DNA of 64,000 nt from a virus. Taxonomy: Duplodnaviria; Caudoviricetes. The translations under genes and the position numbers were made by a program. The stretch lies in IMG/VR virus record IMGVR_UViG_3300030376_004189, positions 13,820-77,819 of that record, one strand, 5' to 3'. The notes beneath the pieces were generated by a model. The model did no database searches. It was not told the origin of the DNA and saw nothing but the letters and a program-made list of their open reading frames with translations. Below, in pieces: positions 10,061 to 19,533 of this stretch. Numbering within the stretch: the first letter of the stretch is position 1; every line of letters begins with the position of its first letter.

Positions 10061-12238
10061 ATGAGAAATTTACATCTCCATTATCCTTGGAAGTCAAGAT
10101 TAGATCTTAATGGTCCATACTTGTCTTACGTAGAGCAACCTGTCAGTGTCACAGGTATAGGAACAATTGCAGGAGGAACTCAAGGTGATACGGTTTCCTT
10201 TAGTGGTATAGGAACGGTTACTTTTAACCCAAGTGGTATTCTTGATCCAGGTCAAGTTCCTGCTATAGCAGTTATAGATGAAAATGATGGTGTTCCATTA
10301 TCAATTACTAATACAGATTGGCAAAATTTTAGAGCAAAATGGCCAGAAAGACCATTCTATGTTTTACACGTATCAGAGAATAATGGAACTACTGGACCTT
10401 GGGTAGGTTTATCAGTTCCAAGTGGTGTCCAAGAAGGATTTACAGTAATAGAAGTCAATAGAGATACTGGTAATGCTGCATGGCAGTCTGATTGGTATAA
10501 TCAGGTTGGATTGTCAACTCTTCCAAGAGGATCAATGGTTACTCTTTGGATAGACAGTTCAGGTAGTATGTATGAGTCTGATGTTGCAGCATCACTGCAA
10601 TTATTTGAAAAGAATTGTCAGGAAGGAGATTTAACTATCAATAGGAAGGATGGTGAATTTCCTGGAATGTATGGAGGAGAAGCATATATTTACCCATTTA
10701 TTGATAACCTTGTAATGCCTGACCCTGTGAATAGGGGTATTCTTGTTTATAAATGGTATGAGTATTTTACAAGTGGAGTAATTGCATTAAATGATGGTGG
10801 AAGGATATCTGGATCAGGAACTACAACTCTTACCGTTTCTAATTTACAATCACCAGGAGATGATGGTAGACAGTTCTATTTGACTGTAGATTATGATCCT
10901 ACTAGTGCAACAGGTATTGGATTCTCTACTGGTAATGCTGTTAATGAACCTTTAACTTCTAATATAGTAACTTTAACAACTCAACCTCTTATTGAGATTA
11001 CAACTCAACCACCTGCTTTAACAACAACTTTCCAGAATGTTGCTGCAACTATTGCTATTGAAGCAGGTTTAAGTGATGTTAGGTTTACTGACGATACGCA
11101 ATATCAATGGCAGTTGGATGGACAGAATGTTTCTGATGGAGTCATAATAAAACAATCTACATCAGGAACTCAAGTTAATACAGTTGTTGCTGGATCAACT
11201 ACTAAAACATTAAGTTTAACAAGTGATAATCCTGATATTGCGTATGGTGCAAGATGTGTTGTATCATCTGCAACTGCTTCTAATTCACCTGTAATTTCTG
11301 ATACATCAATTTATGAGGTTCAAGATACTGCTGATTTTAATAATATTAATATGGAATCTATTCCGAATGGATTGACAACTGCAACTTTAGCTAATTTTAA
11401 TCTTAATAATGGAGAGATTACTCTGAATGCAGCAACTTCTTCTACTTCTTCTGATTCCTTCCTTCATTCTTTATATGCTCCTGATAAGGATGTTAATATT
11501 GAGATGGATCTTTATGGAGGTAAAGGAACTGATATAAGTTCTACTGATGTTGGTGGTGATGGTGGATATTCTAGAATAAGATTTACAATGAAACAAAATG
11601 AGGAATATGTGATTGCAGGACTTACTGAAGCAGTTAAGACACCTTTTGTTTATCATAAAGCTTCTTTAATTGCCTGTGTAGGTGGTGGTGGAAATGCTGG
11701 AACAGGTGGTAATGGTGGTTCTGGGGGAGGTATAGGAGTTCCTGGTTCAACAGGTCTAGGTGCTGCTGCTGGTACAGGTGCTCATACTATTATTGCAGGT
11801 AATTTACCATCAGACGGTACTTTTGGATCTTCATTTCAATCTCCTACATTATATACAGGTGATACTCAAGCATCGGGAAGTAATGGAGGAAGTTCTATTA
11901 AGTGTACGAAAGGAGTTTATTGGGCTCAGCAAGGTAGTGCTCCATGTGTTGATGTAGCAGTTTCGGGTAAGTTTAGAATATCAAATGGAACAGAAATAAC
12001 AAATACAGCAACTATTGAGAGGGGGTATAAAGCAGGATATAATATAATTCAGACTTCTGGTGTTGGTCAAAATAATGGTGGTAATGGTGGTAATGGAGTA
12101 GTTGGAGGAGATGGTGGAGGATTTAATAGTGGAGGTGGTGGAGCAAGTGGATATACTGATGGATCTGTTACTGTAGTATCTACTCAACAGGGTGGAAGCA
12201 CAGGAAATGCTAAAGTTGTTATCAGAGTTGTAACTTAG
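10061..12238 (+). CDS. putative fibre-tip protein: VWA-like (MIDAS) + Ig-like + glycine-rich domains
   Basis: 725 aa; VTLWIDSSGSM (DxSxS), EITTQPP...QYQWQLDG Ig-like segments, Gly-rich GGGGASGY C-terminus; starts 6 nt after the giant fibre stop. Confidence 0.6.
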   Translation: MRNLHLHYPWKSRLDLNGPYLSYVEQPVSVTGIGTIAGGTQGDTVSFSGIGTVTFNPSGILDPGQVPAIAVIDENDGVPLSITNTDWQNFRAKWPERPFYVLHVSENNGTTGPWVGLSVPSGVQEGFTVIEVNRDTGNAAWQSDWYNQVGLSTLPRGSMVTLWIDSSGSMYESDVAASLQLFEKNCQEGDLTINRKDGEFPGMYGGEAYIYPFIDNLVMPDPVNRGILVYKWYEYFTSGVIALNDGGRISGSGTTTLTVSNLQSPGDDGRQFYLTVDYDPTSATGIGFSTGNAVNEPLTSNIVTLTTQPLIEITTQPPALTTTFQNVAATIAIEAGLSDVRFTDDTQYQWQLDGQNVSDGVIIKQSTSGTQVNTVVAGSTTKTLSLTSDNPDIAYGARCVVSSATASNSPVISDTSIYEVQDTADFNNINMESIPNGLTTATLANFNLNNGEITLNAATSSTSSDSFLHSLYAPDKDVNIEMDLYGGKGTDISSTDVGGDGGYSRIRFTMKQNEEYVIAGLTEAVKTPFVYHKASLIACVGGGGNAGTGGNGGSGGGIGVPGSTGLGAAAGTGAHTIIAGNLPSDGTFGSSFQSPTLYTGDTQASGSNGGSSIKCTKGVYWAQQGSAPCVDVAVSGKFRISNGTEITNTATIERGYKAGYNIIQTSGVGQNNGGNGGNGVVGGDGGGFNSGGGGASGYTDGSVTVVSTQQGGSTGNAKVVIRVVT

Positions 12239-12279
12239 CTAAATAAAGTATAATACTAAAGGGTGGAGAGTGAAACCCG

Positions 12280-12831
12280 ATGGCGGTCAATAAGAATTTT
12301 GTAGTCAAAAATGGACTAGAGGTTAATGATAACCTTTTAGTAGCAGATACCAATAGCCAAAAGGTTGGTATTGGAACGTCTGTATCCAGTTATACTCTCC
12401 ACGTCCTCGGTGGTATAGGAGCAACCGAATCCTATGTCACTGGGGTCGGAACGTTTTTAAGTGATGTTTATATTGGTGGTAACTTAAATGTTACTGGTGA
12501 TGTAGTCTATGATGAGGTTTCTGGTAGGAACCTTAATATTACTGGTATTGCCACATTCAATAATGTAATTGTTACTGGTATAACAACAGTTGGTGTTGTT
12601 ACTGGGGCAAATGCTGAATATTGGGGTGATGGTTCCAATCTTACAGGAAATGCTCCTGGATTAACAGCAGCAATTGGTATTCAATCTGGTGGTACTAGAA
12701 TTGGAACTGGAGTTACCTTTTTAAATGTGGTAGGTATAGGACTTACTGCTGATGCAAATGGTAACAAAGTAGATCTTTATCTTCCTCCTCCAGGTGTGTC
12801 GCTTGGTCTTGCAATCGCTCTTGGCGGTTAA
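12280..12831 (+). CDS. short tail-fibre-like protein
   Basis: 183 aa; KVGIGT and ITGIATF fibre repeats, ends GVSLGLAIALGG; CTAAATA at 12239-12245. Confidence 0.7.
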   Translation: MAVNKNFVVKNGLEVNDNLLVADTNSQKVGIGTSVSSYTLHVLGGIGATESYVTGVGTFLSDVYIGGNLNVTGDVVYDEVSGRNLNITGIATFNNVIVTGITTVGVVTGANAEYWGDGSNLTGNAPGLTAAIGIQSGGTRIGTGVTFLNVVGIGLTADANGNKVDLYLPPPGVSLGLAIALGG

Positions 12832-12857
12832 TAAATAAAATTAACACATAGAAAACA

Positions 12858-13397
12858 ATGGCAGAAGCTTTTTCAAATAAATTAGTAAGTGCAGCAGGGA
12901 TTGTGACAACAAGTTCTGCAGGTTCGATTGGGGCATTAGGCACTACAATCACTGGTATTTCTACAGCAGGTGTTGCAGTAAATGATTTGGTTGATAATAC
13001 CAATTTCACTGCAGGATCTAAAGTTCAAGTAATTGGTGTTGGACAAGTTACTGTTAACCGCACTTCTACCAATACTGCAACAGCAACAGCACAGAATGTT
13101 AAATTCTTGACTCCAACTGAAGCATATGCATCACCTACAGGAATAAAGAGTATTCTAATTGGTGGAACATTTGCAAATAATACTAATAATCAGGTAAATC
13201 TGACAGTTGGTATTCATGATAATTCTACTAATGTTGAGGCAGCAATTGCAAGTAAGATTCCTGTTCCAGCAGGTAGTTCTTTTGTCATCAGTGATGCTGG
13301 TAAAACAGTATTGGAAGGAGATGATAAAGTGAAAGTTTATTGTGATGTTGATAACGCACTTGATGTAAACTTAAGCATTTTGACAGGAGTTAACTAA
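12858..13397 (+). CDS. fibre-associated structural protein
   Basis: 179 aa; C-terminal IPVPAGSSFVI...KTVLEGDDKVKV domain common in marine phage fibre loci; ATAAATA at 12831-12837. Confidence 0.65.
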   Translation: MAEAFSNKLVSAAGIVTTSSAGSIGALGTTITGISTAGVAVNDLVDNTNFTAGSKVQVIGVGQVTVNRTSTNTATATAQNVKFLTPTEAYASPTGIKSILIGGTFANNTNNQVNLTVGIHDNSTNVEAAIASKIPVPAGSSFVISDAGKTVLEGDDKVKVYCDVDNALDVNLSILTGVN

Positions 13398-14116
13398 TGG
13401 CAGACAGAAGCGGTTATATCGGAAGAGCTCCTAGTGATTCGTCAGTAACGATTGCCAGGCAGCATTACAATCCTACAGGGGTTCAAACGGATTTTACGTT
13501 TAACTCTGGTTATACGGTTGGACTTATTGATGCATATCTAAACGGTGTCAAGTTAATTGAAGGTAATGATTATACTGCTTCTGATGGTTCAACAGTTGGT
13601 CTTACAACTGCTGCTATTTCATTAGACACACTTGAGTTAGTTGCATATAAAGCATTTAATTTAGGGTTTGTTAATTCTTCAGTTGCAGATTTTAATGTTG
13701 GAACTGATTTAGTTGTTAATGGTAATGCGACCTTTAATGGAACTGTTACTGGTGCAACGGTTGGTGTTAGTTCTGCTGGCACAAGTATAGGTAATGCAAA
13801 ATCACTTAACTTCATAGGATTAGGTAATACCTTTGCAGTTGAAGGAGATACTGTTAATATTAGTATTGCTGGTGGTGGCGGTGGTGGACTTGGAACTGCT
13901 TTAAGTCAAGTTAAGACAGAACCTGCTTCTCAAATCTTTACTACACCTCGTAATGCAACTATATCAGCAGGAAGTTCACTCTATATTGATGTGAGTGCTG
14001 GTGATGGTGGAGTTGCCTTTACCAAACTAGGAAGAATCCATGTTGCTGCTGGTGCGACCTTACATGTAGGGTCAGGAAGCACACTAGCAATGGATGTATT
14101 GAACTTATTCCTCTAA
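13397..14116 (+). CDS. fibre array class E protein (copy 1)
   Basis: 239 aa; QTDFTF..Y....DAYLNGVKL...DYTA.DG motif; paralog of 31317..32030. Confidence 0.75.
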   Translation: MADRSGYIGRAPSDSSVTIARQHYNPTGVQTDFTFNSGYTVGLIDAYLNGVKLIEGNDYTASDGSTVGLTTAAISLDTLELVAYKAFNLGFVNSSVADFNVGTDLVVNGNATFNGTVTGATVGVSSAGTSIGNAKSLNFIGLGNTFAVEGDTVNISIAGGGGGGLGTALSQVKTEPASQIFTTPRNATISAGSSLYIDVSAGDGGVAFTKLGRIHVAAGATLHVGSGSTLAMDVLNLFL

Positions 14117-14141
14117 ATATAACACGGAGATCTAGAAACCA

Positions 14142-15974
14142 ATGTCTGAACTTTTAGTAACAAGTATATACAATCAGGAAGGGGAAGGTGCTCCTAGTTT
14201 TCCGAAGGGTGCTACATCAACTGGTGTGATAACTGCTACAAGTTTTAGTGGTAGTGGTGCAAACCTGACGGGAATTGATGCAACTGCATTGAAGGATTCT
14301 AATGGAACGGTAAGAGTACAGGCAAATACAACGGGTGCTGTTATAACTGGTAATGTATCTGTTGGTGGAACTTTAACTTATGAAGATGTAACGAATGTAG
14401 ATTCGGTTGGACTTATAACTGCAAGAGATGGTATTCATGTAACTGGTAATATAGGTCTTGGTGGTGCTACTTATGGAACAGCAGGTCAATTATTAACTTC
14501 TGGTGGTCCTGGTGCTAATGCTTCATGGACAACAGTTAGTTCTAACCCAGAATTTGCAGGAATTGCTTCAGGTTCTATAACTGGAGGTAGAGGAGTTTGT
14601 GTTGCTGATGATGGTAAATTGATGGGTGTTACTGGTAGTAATGAATTACAGGGGACTTCAACAGTAGTGGGTGAGACTACTAGTGATTTTTCTATAGCTT
14701 ATCATGCATCTGCTAATAGATATCTATACTTCTGGAGAGATACAAATGGTGGTGATGTAGGACAAGTGCAGGTTGGTACTCCAAATGGAGCTACTATTAC
14801 ATGGGGAACAAAGCAACAGTTTACCCCAGGTTCAGTAAATCCATCACAGATTAATGCAATTTATGATTCCACTAATGAAAAAGTTGTTGTTGCTTATCGA
14901 GATAATGTTCAAAGTGGTTCTGCATCAGTACAAGTTTGTGATGTTAGTGGTACAACTATAACAATTGGTACAGCAGTTAATAATGCATCTGATATTAATT
15001 CTATGGAGTATAGTTCATTCTGTTTTTGTCCTAATACAGGTAATTATGCTTTGGTGTTTAATGATGGAGGAACTAATAAAGGATGGTGTAGAATTGGAAA
15101 ATATTCTGGCACTAACAGCAGCTCATGGCCTAATAATAGAGTTCAGTTTTTAAATGCACAAGCTAGAGGAACAGGATGTTGGTATGATACAACAGCAAAT
15201 AAATTATGTATTGTGGCACATCATGGTGGTGATAGTAATCATGGGTATGTATGGGCTGGAACAGTAACTAATGATTCAGTTACTTTTGGTACTGGACAGG
15301 AGTTTAATGGAGATAATCAAGATGGTGCTCAATTTAGTGGTGCTCATGATTCTGATTCAGGAAAAAATGTTATATGTTATGCTGCTAGTAGTAATAGAGG
15401 AAATTGTAGAGCTGCAACACTTAGTGGAACTACTTTTACTTTCGGTACTGCAGCACAATTTAATGTTGGTATTACTTACAGACAAGTAATAACATATGGT
15501 GCAGGACCAAAGAAATTTATGATATCATATGTTGATGGTAGTGGTTCTGATTATGTTAAAAGTTTAATTACAACATTAACTGGAACTACAATAACATATT
15601 CTACTCCGCATACTTTCCAGACTGCTGGTAATGCAACTACTCACAACGGGATTATTGTTTATAATGCAAATGCAGCGAACTTTTTAATGATGAATAGAAC
15701 TGATATAGGTGGGGCTAAAGCAGCATATTACGTAGAAGCTATAAGAGTATCTAATTTGACTAAGGGTAATTATGTTGGAATTGCTAATGCTTCTTATACT
15801 AATGGACAAACTGCCTCAACAGCTCTTCCTGGAGCAGTAAATACAGCAGTCTCTGGTCTTACTGTTGGACAAAAATATTATGTTGTTGCTGATGGAACTT
15901 TGAATACTGCAGCAGACAGTGAGATTATTGATGCTGGTAATGCAATTGCTACAAATAAATTGCTGGTCAGATAA
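14142..15974 (+). CDS. fibre array class A receptor-binding protein (copy 1)
   Basis: 610 aa; N-terminal anchor (N..G.GAP.FP.G and GGTLTYEDVTNVDSVG), variable repeat-rich centre, conserved SGLT.G..YYV..DG C-terminus. Confidence 0.75.
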   Translation: MSELLVTSIYNQEGEGAPSFPKGATSTGVITATSFSGSGANLTGIDATALKDSNGTVRVQANTTGAVITGNVSVGGTLTYEDVTNVDSVGLITARDGIHVTGNIGLGGATYGTAGQLLTSGGPGANASWTTVSSNPEFAGIASGSITGGRGVCVADDGKLMGVTGSNELQGTSTVVGETTSDFSIAYHASANRYLYFWRDTNGGDVGQVQVGTPNGATITWGTKQQFTPGSVNPSQINAIYDSTNEKVVVAYRDNVQSGSASVQVCDVSGTTITIGTAVNNASDINSMEYSSFCFCPNTGNYALVFNDGGTNKGWCRIGKYSGTNSSSWPNNRVQFLNAQARGTGCWYDTTANKLCIVAHHGGDSNHGYVWAGTVTNDSVTFGTGQEFNGDNQDGAQFSGAHDSDSGKNVICYAASSNRGNCRAATLSGTTFTFGTAAQFNVGITYRQVITYGAGPKKFMISYVDGSGSDYVKSLITTLTGTTITYSTPHTFQTAGNATTHNGIIVYNANAANFLMMNRTDIGGAKAAYYVEAIRVSNLTKGNYVGIANASYTNGQTASTALPGAVNTAVSGLTVGQKYYVVADGTLNTAADSEIIDAGNAIATNKLLVR

Positions 15975-15988
15975 ATTGTATAACCCAC

Positions 15989-16016
15989 CTAAATAACTAA
16001 AAAGTAATAACCAATG
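15989..16016 (+). promoter_or_regulatory. T4-type late promoter plus conserved A-rich leader (representative copy)
   Basis: CTAAATAACTAAAAAGTAATAACCAATG. Near-identical copies start at 19508, 21405, 25415, 27010, 43865; looser copies at 14113, 31294, 34446, 36665, 39432, 42183, 52062. Confidence 0.8.
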
Positions 16017-16832
16017 TCACAGATTAGAGCCGACAATATAACCAATAGGCAGGGAACGGGTGCTCCTATCTTTGTTAATGGTATCAGAGTAGTAGGACTT
16101 ACCAGTATAGCTAACATTGTTGCTAATACTGGTACTTTTAATGGTGCTGTGAGTATTGGTGGAACTCTGACATATGAAGACGTAACCAATGTAGATGCTG
16201 TTGGACTTATAACTGCAAGAAATGGTATTAAAGTAACTGGTGGTGATATTGATGTAACGAATGGTGATATTGATATTCTTGCTAATAATAAAAAATTAAA
16301 TATTGGATCTTCTGGACAGTTAGAATTGTTTCATGATGGTTCTAGTTCTAGGATTAATAATTCAACTGGTAGTTTAAAGTTCAAAACACCTACTAGATAT
16401 GATTTTTATAACAATGACGGAACTGAATCTGTAGCGTTATTTTCTCCTGGAGGGAGTTGTGAATTGTATCATGCTAATGTCAAAAAAATTGAGACAACTT
16501 CGGGAGGCGTGAAGGTATCTGGAGGTTATTCTGAAACTATAGCAGCAGTATCAGGAACAGCAGTTGATTGTTCTACTGCTAGTTACTTTACAAAGACTAT
16601 CACAGGTGCAACGACATTTACCTTTACGAATGTCCCATCAGGTGTGGCATATGCATTTACTTTTGAGGTAACATTAAACGGTTCTAATGCAATTACATGG
16701 CCAGCAGCAGTTAAGTGGCCAGCAGATACAGCACCAGCAATAACAGACGGTAAGACACAGGTATTCGTATTCTTGACAGACGACGGTGGAACAAGATGGA
16801 GAGGAAGTTCACTTGTAGATTATACTAATTAA
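16014..16832 (+). CDS. fibre array class B anchor/adaptor protein (copy 1)
   Basis: 272 aa; anchor motif plus C-terminal VDCS...YFTKTITGATTFTF...WRGSSLVDYTN domain. Confidence 0.75.
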   Translation: MSQIRADNITNRQGTGAPIFVNGIRVVGLTSIANIVANTGTFNGAVSIGGTLTYEDVTNVDAVGLITARNGIKVTGGDIDVTNGDIDILANNKKLNIGSSGQLELFHDGSSSRINNSTGSLKFKTPTRYDFYNNDGTESVALFSPGGSCELYHANVKKIETTSGGVKVSGGYSETIAAVSGTAVDCSTASYFTKTITGATTFTFTNVPSGVAYAFTFEVTLNGSNAITWPAAVKWPADTAPAITDGKTQVFVFLTDDGGTRWRGSSLVDYTN

Positions 16833-16837
16833 ATATT

Positions 16838-19504
16838 ATGTCTATAGCAAGAAAGATATTGATGGGTTCTTCTGGTGGTAAGAAGTCCACTTATGTTGAC
16901 GACGTTTTTTCGACGTATCTTTATAAAGGAAGTTCTGTTAATGTAAGTGGACCAGGTCAAACTATTACTAATGGAGTAGATTTAGCAGGTGAAGGTGGAT
17001 TGGTATGGCTGAAATCTAGGACTGCTACCAATGAACATGCTTTAAGCGATACGGTCAATGGTGCTGGAAAAAGGTTAATGTCTCAATCTGCTGGAGCATT
17101 AGCTACTGGAACCGAAAGTGTTTCAGGTTTTACTTCTTCAGGGTTTACGTTACCTGGTGGTTGGAATCCTATGGTAAATGCTGTACAGCAATTCTATACT
17201 TCATGGACATTCCGCAAGGCACCTGGGTTCTTTGATATTGTTACCTACACAGGGGACGGATCTTCTTCTGGTAGGCAGATCGCTCATAGTTTAGGATCAG
17301 TGCCTGGGTGCATCATGGTGAAATGTACCAGTGCAACTAACAATTGGGCTATATATCATCGAGGAACTGACCCTTCAAATCCAGAAAATTACGGATTAAA
17401 TCTGAATAATGCCAACGCTAGAGTTGATAATGAATATTACTGGAATGACACAAAACCAACGTCAACTCATTTTACTATTAGAAATAATGCCAATGTTAAT
17501 GATAATGGACAAACGTATGTAGCTTATATTTTTGCAGGAGGTCCATCAACTGCTGCGACTGCAAAATCTGTTCAGTTTAATCAGAATTATATAAAAAGTG
17601 GTTCTACTAGTGATTATACGATGGGAACTGGTGATTTTACTGTTGAATGTTGGTGGAAACCTAATGAACTAGGTAACTATGGAATATTCCAAATATCTGA
17701 TAATACTAATGGATTAACTACTAGTAATTATGAAAACACAATAGCAGTAGCAAATAATGGATCAAATTGGATGACTTATGGTGCAAATGGTGTTAATAGT
17801 TCACCTACTAATGTCCCAACAGTTGGCGTATGGTATCATGTAGCATATGTTAAAACTGGTGGATCCCATACGTTGTATATAAATGGTATTCCAGAAGTAT
17901 CAGTTACTGATAGTACTAATTATTATGGAACCACTGTAGCTATTGGTGGTTATTATAGTACTGGTTACTTAGCTAGAGCAGAAATTTCTAATTTTAGAAT
18001 AACAAAAGGACAAGCACTTTATACATCATCATTTATACCATCAACTGCACCATTAACAACAACTTCTCAAGGTGCAACAGCATCTAATGTAAAACTGTTA
18101 TGTTGTAATGATACATCAGTGACAGGATCTACTGTAACATCTGCTACAATTAGTGTGGGGTCTGGTTCACCAACAGCAAGCACAAGTAGTCCATTTGACG
18201 ATTCAGAAGGTTTCCAGTTTGGTGAGGAAGGAGATCAAAATCTAGTCAAGTGCGGTTATTATAAAACTAATTCTAGTGAATATGCAGCACCAGATTTTGG
18301 TTGGGAACCACAGTGGATATTATCAAAAAGAATTGATGGTGGAACTAATAATTGGATGATATATGATTCAATGCGTGGTTTAGCAAGTGCTGGAGATGTT
18401 ATAATGGAAACTAATACAAGTAGTGCTCTTCTAGAAGCTAATGACTCGGATGCAGAAACGAACTACAGAGCACAAGGAATATATCCAACTGGTTTTGTTC
18501 AAGACGCTTTTGGAGCAAATAGAGAATATATTTATATAGCAATCCGAAGACCTGATCCTTTAGTAGGAAAACCAGTAGAGGCAGGAACTGATGCATTTAA
18601 TATTGTTTATGGTAACAGTAGTTCTGAATCTTCGCCTATTCCTAATTTCCCTAGTAACTTCCCTGTTGACGTTGGAATATATAAGGAACCTTCAAATACT
18701 TATGATTGGTATCTTCATACAAGACAGACGAGAGGATATGGTGTAAGAACTAATTTAAACAATACTCAAGGTGGTGATGACACTGACGCTAAATTTGATT
18801 CCAATGCTGGATGGGGTAAGTTTGGTTATAACACCGACAAAGCATCATGGATGTGGAAACGCCACGCTGGTTTTGATCTGGTGTGTTATAAAGGAAGGGC
18901 AGGAGGATCTAACCTCCCCTATTCATATTCACATAACCTTGGAAGAAGTCCAGAGATGATTTGGATAAAAAGTAGAACTCATAGTGGTAATAATGGTGAT
19001 TGGATGGTAGGTCATAAAGATTTATATGGGGGTTCAAGTCCTTGGAATGGGTATTTGGTATTGAATAAAACTCAAGGACAATATAATGATAATCATCCTT
19101 TCAATAATTACACACCAACAGCAATTGATTTTCGGTTAAATAATTGGGATCGTGTTAATGAGAATAATAATAGGTATATAGCCATGCTCTTCGCCAGCGT
19201 TGACGGCATCAGTAAGGTTGGTAGTTATACAGGAACTGGTGCAGGAAATATTAGTGAGACAACTGGTTTCTCCCCAAGATTTTTATTTGTGAAGAGGATA
19301 GATGCTGCTGGTTCTTGGTATGTTGTAGATACAGTAAGAGGATGGTCTTCAGGAGTTGATGAGACTCTCTATTTCAACCAAAACGTCGCTCAAACTAGTG
19401 GAACCACTTGGACTAACACTAATGCTACAGGTTTTACCATAGAAGAAACTTGGGCTGGTATAAATGCCAATGGTGGCAAATACATATATTATGCTCATGC
19501 TTAA
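16838..19504 (+). CDS. fibre array class C tip protein with one LamG/ConA-like domain (copy 1)
   Basis: 888 aa; repeated FDIVTYTG..HSLG..P..I..K units (possibly DUF7483-like), GTGDFTVECW...WYHVAYV...ISNFRI LamG-like insert, ends YIYYAHA. Confidence 0.75.
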   Translation: MSIARKILMGSSGGKKSTYVDDVFSTYLYKGSSVNVSGPGQTITNGVDLAGEGGLVWLKSRTATNEHALSDTVNGAGKRLMSQSAGALATGTESVSGFTSSGFTLPGGWNPMVNAVQQFYTSWTFRKAPGFFDIVTYTGDGSSSGRQIAHSLGSVPGCIMVKCTSATNNWAIYHRGTDPSNPENYGLNLNNANARVDNEYYWNDTKPTSTHFTIRNNANVNDNGQTYVAYIFAGGPSTAATAKSVQFNQNYIKSGSTSDYTMGTGDFTVECWWKPNELGNYGIFQISDNTNGLTTSNYENTIAVANNGSNWMTYGANGVNSSPTNVPTVGVWYHVAYVKTGGSHTLYINGIPEVSVTDSTNYYGTTVAIGGYYSTGYLARAEISNFRITKGQALYTSSFIPSTAPLTTTSQGATASNVKLLCCNDTSVTGSTVTSATISVGSGSPTASTSSPFDDSEGFQFGEEGDQNLVKCGYYKTNSSEYAAPDFGWEPQWILSKRIDGGTNNWMIYDSMRGLASAGDVIMETNTSSALLEANDSDAETNYRAQGIYPTGFVQDAFGANREYIYIAIRRPDPLVGKPVEAGTDAFNIVYGNSSSESSPIPNFPSNFPVDVGIYKEPSNTYDWYLHTRQTRGYGVRTNLNNTQGGDDTDAKFDSNAGWGKFGYNTDKASWMWKRHAGFDLVCYKGRAGGSNLPYSYSHNLGRSPEMIWIKSRTHSGNNGDWMVGHKDLYGGSSPWNGYLVLNKTQGQYNDNHPFNNYTPTAIDFRLNNWDRVNENNNRYIAMLFASVDGISKVGSYTGTGAGNISETTGFSPRFLFVKRIDAAGSWYVVDTVRGWSSGVDETLYFNQNVAQTSGTTWTNTNATGFTIEETWAGINANGGKYIYYAHA

Positions 19505-19533
19505 TCCTATAAATATCTAAAAAGTAATAAACC

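Noticed and set aside
16829-16837. TAAATA late promoters before class C genes (also at ~37437)
   Set aside because: Only 2 nt from the ATG and overlapping the upstream stop, too close to serve that gene.
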